Part shown: in pieces, positions 61,283 through 64,000 of the stretch
Layout of the letters: each line of letters starts with the position of its first letter
How positions within the stretch are numbered: the stretch's first letter is position 1
Source: Spirochaetota bacterium
Lineage (GTDB): Bacteria > Spirochaetota > UBA4802 > UBA5550
Assembly (NCBI GenBank): GCA_016929135.1
Contig: JAFGJK010000156.1
Span: 63,337 to 127,336, forward strand
DNA length: 64,000 nucleotides
Direction: 5' to 3'
Program-made: the position numbers and the translations under genes
Notes under the pieces: generated by a model
The model's database searches: none
Told to the model about the DNA's origin: nothing
What the model saw: the letters and a program-made list of their open reading frames with translations, nothing else

Positions 61283-62802
61283 AACAGAGCGGCAAGGTGT
61301 ACCTTGTGGGGTCAGGCCCCGGCGACGAACGGCTCATCACGGTGGGGGCGGTTGAGGCCCTCAGGAGGGCCGACGTGGTGATCTACGACAACCTCATTAA
61401 CGAGTCGTTGCTGGGACTCTACTGTTCCAGGGAATGCGAGCTCCTCTACGTCGGCAAGTCAGGGAAGGAGCACACCCTGGAGCAGGATGAGATAAACGAG
61501 CTCATCGTGGCGAAGGCCCGGTCGCACGAAGTGGTGGTGCGCCTCAAGGGGGGCGATCCCTTCATCTTCGGAAGGGGGGGAGAGGAGGCGATGCACCTGC
61601 GCAGTCACGGCATCGACTACGAGGTGATCTGCGGCATCTCCTCCGCCTACGCGGTCCCCGCCTACGCCGGAATTCCGGTCACCCACCGGGGCTACAGCTC
61701 CTCGGTGGCTTTCATTACAGGCCACGAGGACCCCACCAAGGATAAAAGCGACATCAACTGGGAGAAGCTCGCCACCGGCGTCCAGACGCTGGTCTTCCTC
61801 ATGGGCGTAAAGAACATCCCTTTGATCATGGAACAGCTGACGAAGCACGGGAGGGACCGCAGCACGCCTGTGGCGGTTATTCAAAACGGCACCTATCCCG
61901 CCCAGAAAACGGTGACCGGCACCGTCGCTACCATCGCCGAAATCGTCACGCGTGAGAAGATCGCGCCCCCCTCCATTGTCGTGGTGGGAGAGGTGGTCTC
62001 CCTCCGGGAGGAGCTAAACTGGTTCGAAACGAGGCCCCTCTTCGGCAGGACCATCGTGGTAACGCGCTCCCGGGACCAGGCCTCGGTGCTGGTGGAAAAA
62101 CTGCGCGCCCTCGGCGCCGGGGTCATGGAGATGCCGGCGATACTCATCGAGGGGCCCGAGGACCCCGCGGCGCTGGAGGACTGCATCCGCGGGATCGGCC
62201 GCTACCAGTGGATCATCTTCACCTCCGCCAACGGCGTAACCCATTTTTTCGCCCGCCTCACCGCCCTGGGGCTCGACGCCCGCGCCCTTGCGGAGAGAAG
62301 GATCTGCGCCATCGGGCCGGCCACTGCGGCGGCGCTGGAATCGAGGGGCATACGGCCCGACCATATGCCCGCAAAATTCGTCAGTACCGAGGTGGTGCGT
62401 GAGCTCTCCGAGCTGGGGGAGGTTGCAGGGAAATCCTTCCTTCTCCCCAGAGCGGACATCGCGCCGGACACCATGCGGGAGGATCTGCTGGCACTGGGGG
62501 CCTCCCGTGTGGACGACATCGCCGCGTACAGGACAGTGGCGGTGGAATACGGCGGCGCCAATCCCCTGGCGGAGGCAGGGGATATCGACCTCGTCACCTT
62601 CACCAGCTCCTCGACGGTGAGAAATTTCATGCGGGCGGTCCGGGAAACACCTCACCTGAAGGGTATCCCCTGCGTCGCCATAGGACCGGTGACCGCGGAA
62701 GCGGCGCGACGCGAGGGGTGCAACGTCGTGGCGGTGGCTGATGAGTACACAATCGACGGCCTTGTGGCTGCGGTGCTGCGGCATCTAGCGGGAGACGGCT
62801 AG
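61279..62802 (+). CDS. cobA/hemD: Bifunctional uroporphyrinogen-III C-methyltransferase / uroporphyrinogen-III synthase (CobA-HemD fusion)
   Basis: N-terminal SAM-dependent tetrapyrrole methylase motifs (VYLVGSGPGDERLIT, GGDPFIFGRG). The C-terminal ~250 aa are a HemD-like two-lobe domain (..RTIVVTRSRDQAS.., ..IFTSANGV..). ATGA-coupled to hemC. Confidence 0.88.
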   Translation: MKQSGKVYLVGSGPGDERLITVGAVEALRRADVVIYDNLINESLLGLYCSRECELLYVGKSGKEHTLEQDEINELIVAKARSHEVVVRLKGGDPFIFGRGGEEAMHLRSHGIDYEVICGISSAYAVPAYAGIPVTHRGYSSSVAFITGHEDPTKDKSDINWEKLATGVQTLVFLMGVKNIPLIMEQLTKHGRDRSTPVAVIQNGTYPAQKTVTGTVATIAEIVTREKIAPPSIVVVGEVVSLREELNWFETRPLFGRTIVVTRSRDQASVLVEKLRALGAGVMEMPAILIEGPEDPAALEDCIRGIGRYQWIIFTSANGVTHFFARLTALGLDARALAERRICAIGPATAAALESRGIRPDHMPAKFVSTEVVRELSELGEVAGKSFLLPRADIAPDTMREDLLALGASRVDDIAAYRTVAVEYGGANPLAEAGDIDLVTFTSSSTVRNFMRAVRETPHLKGIPCVAIGPVTAEAARREGCNVVAVADEYTIDGLVAAVLRHLAGDG

Positions 62803-63905
62803 AAGACCAGCATATCGTCCCTGTTGATGACCTCATCGAAGTACTCGATGCCCAGGATCGTCTGTATCTCGTCGCTCCTCTTCCCGATGATCTTGTGGAG
62901 CTCCCTGGAGCTGTAGTTCACCACACCCTTCCCGATGACCTTCCTCTGCCTGTTCACAATCTCCACGATATCACCCATGTCAAAGCTCCCCTCAATCCGC
63001 ACGATCCCCCTGGCCAGGAGCGATTTCTTCCTCGCCACCAGCGCCTCCACGGCGCCGTCGTCCACTTCGATTGTCCCCTTCCGCTTCACCATCGCCAGCC
63101 ACTTCTTCTTGCTGGAGACGTGCTTGATGCCGCCGGCGAACAGGGTGCCGATCCGCTCCCCCTCCATGATCCTCACGAGTACGTTCTCCTCGGCGCCGTT
63201 GGCGATCACCATCATCTCGCCGAACTGAAGAATCATGCGTGCCGCGGCGATCTTCGTCGTCATCCCCCCGGTACCGAAATCGCTTCCGGTGCCGCCGGCG
63301 CGCCTCAGCACATCGTCGGTGATCTCCGTGATCCTGTCCACCGGCTTCGGGTCGCTGAGGCTCCAGTAGAAGCCGTCGATATCCGAGAGGAGCACCAGAA
63401 GCTCGGCGTCGATTATGCTGGCCACGTGCGCAGAGAGGGTGTCATTGTCACCGAATTTGATCTCCTTCACCACAACCGAGTCGTTTTCATTGACGATGGG
63501 AACGATGCCCAGCTCAAGGAGTGCATGCAGGGTGTGCCTGGCATTGAGGAAGCGCCGGCGGTGCTTCACGTCGTCCTCGGTGAGCAGTATCTGCCCCACC
63601 TGGTAGCCCTGCTTCAGGAAATGCTTACGATACTCGTTCATCAGGAGGGTCTGACCCAGGGCGGCGAAGGCCTGTTTCTCCGGGATGGTGAGTGTCTTCC
63701 GCTCACGCTTCATTGCCGCGGTCCCGGCGGCGATAGCACCCGAGGAGACCACCGTGACCCTGTATCCCATCCGGACAAGGGCGGCGACACCTCCGACGAA
63801 CTGCGCCATCCTCTTCTGCGACAGCCTCCCCCTCTCGGTGATCGACGACGAGCCGATCTTGACGACGACTGTCTTCACGTTCCGCAACAGACTTTTACGA
63901 GGCAT
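62799..63905 (-). CDS. proB: Glutamate 5-kinase
   Basis: Amino-acid kinase domain (VVKIGSSSIT, ..IVNENDSV..) plus C-terminal PUA domain. Confidence 0.92.
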   Translation of the reverse strand: MPRKSLLRNVKTVVVKIGSSSITERGRLSQKRMAQFVGGVAALVRMGYRVTVVSSGAIAAGTAAMKRERKTLTIPEKQAFAALGQTLLMNEYRKHFLKQGYQVGQILLTEDDVKHRRRFLNARHTLHALLELGIVPIVNENDSVVVKEIKFGDNDTLSAHVASIIDAELLVLLSDIDGFYWSLSDPKPVDRITEITDDVLRRAGGTGSDFGTGGMTTKIAAARMILQFGEMMVIANGAEENVLVRIMEGERIGTLFAGGIKHVSSKKKWLAMVKRKGTIEVDDGAVEALVARKKSLLARGIVRIEGSFDMGDIVEIVNRQRKVIGKGVVNYSSRELHKIIGKRSDEIQTILGIEYFDEVINRDDMLVF

Positions 63906-64000
63906 TCTCTTTCTCCATGCAGGAATCCAGCGCCGACAGCAACGCCTCCAGATTCTCCCCGGTCACCGAGGATACCGGAATCACGGGCCCCTGAAAGAGC
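63902..64000 (-). CDS. obg: GTPase Obg, C-terminal end (5' part outside window)
   Basis: Partial translation ...LFQGPVIPVSSVTGENLEALLSALDSCMEKENA matches the Obg C-terminus, and the obg-proB order is conserved. Confidence 0.6.

Overview
This 64-kb window is a chromosomal segment from a high-GC bacterium (by eye about 58-60 % GC overall, with clearly AT-richer patches). It is densely packed with housekeeping genes on both strands: about 60 protein-coding genes, 3 tRNA genes (Asn-GTT, Tyr-GTA, Thr-TGT), and no rRNA, CRISPR array, transposase or prophage. I did not find one clear new system; the leads I think deserve a second look are below.

Recognisable content, by function:
- Translation and RNA processing: aspS, tilS, queA, rph, ybeY, rnhA, hflX and a partial obg.
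- DNA repair and recombination: recG, recJ, xerD.
- Protein export and quality control: secA, ftsH.
- Cofactor biosynthesis: nadA, ispF, lipA with a split lipoate ligase, and proB (proline).
- Glycine cleavage: gcvH, gcvPA, gcvPB, with gcvT absent from the operon.
- Tetrapyrrole cluster of the siroheme-dependent (Ahb) type: hemA, fused siroheme decarboxylase ahbAB, two SPASM radical-SAM enzymes, sirC, hemL, hemB, hemC and a cobA/hemD fusion. The glycine-cleavage and lipoylation genes sit inside this cluster.
- An AT-rich TolC-MacA-MacB efflux block that has no permease gene and ends in an AT-rich XerD-type recombinase, lying between the tRNA-Thr/tRNA-Tyr genes and the recombinase.
- Two genes that look like multi-lesion pseudogenes: an Rrf2 regulator and a CsgG/PEGA/beta-barrel outer-membrane protein.
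- Several uncharacterised proteins. The most unusual is a cytoplasmic protein with two ~85-aa tandem repeats fused to a caspase/CHAT-like His-Cys domain.

Calls rest on reading the translated ORFs for family-specific motifs and on gene context. No database search was possible, so the hypothetical and novel-architecture proteins need HMM or structure-prediction confirmation.
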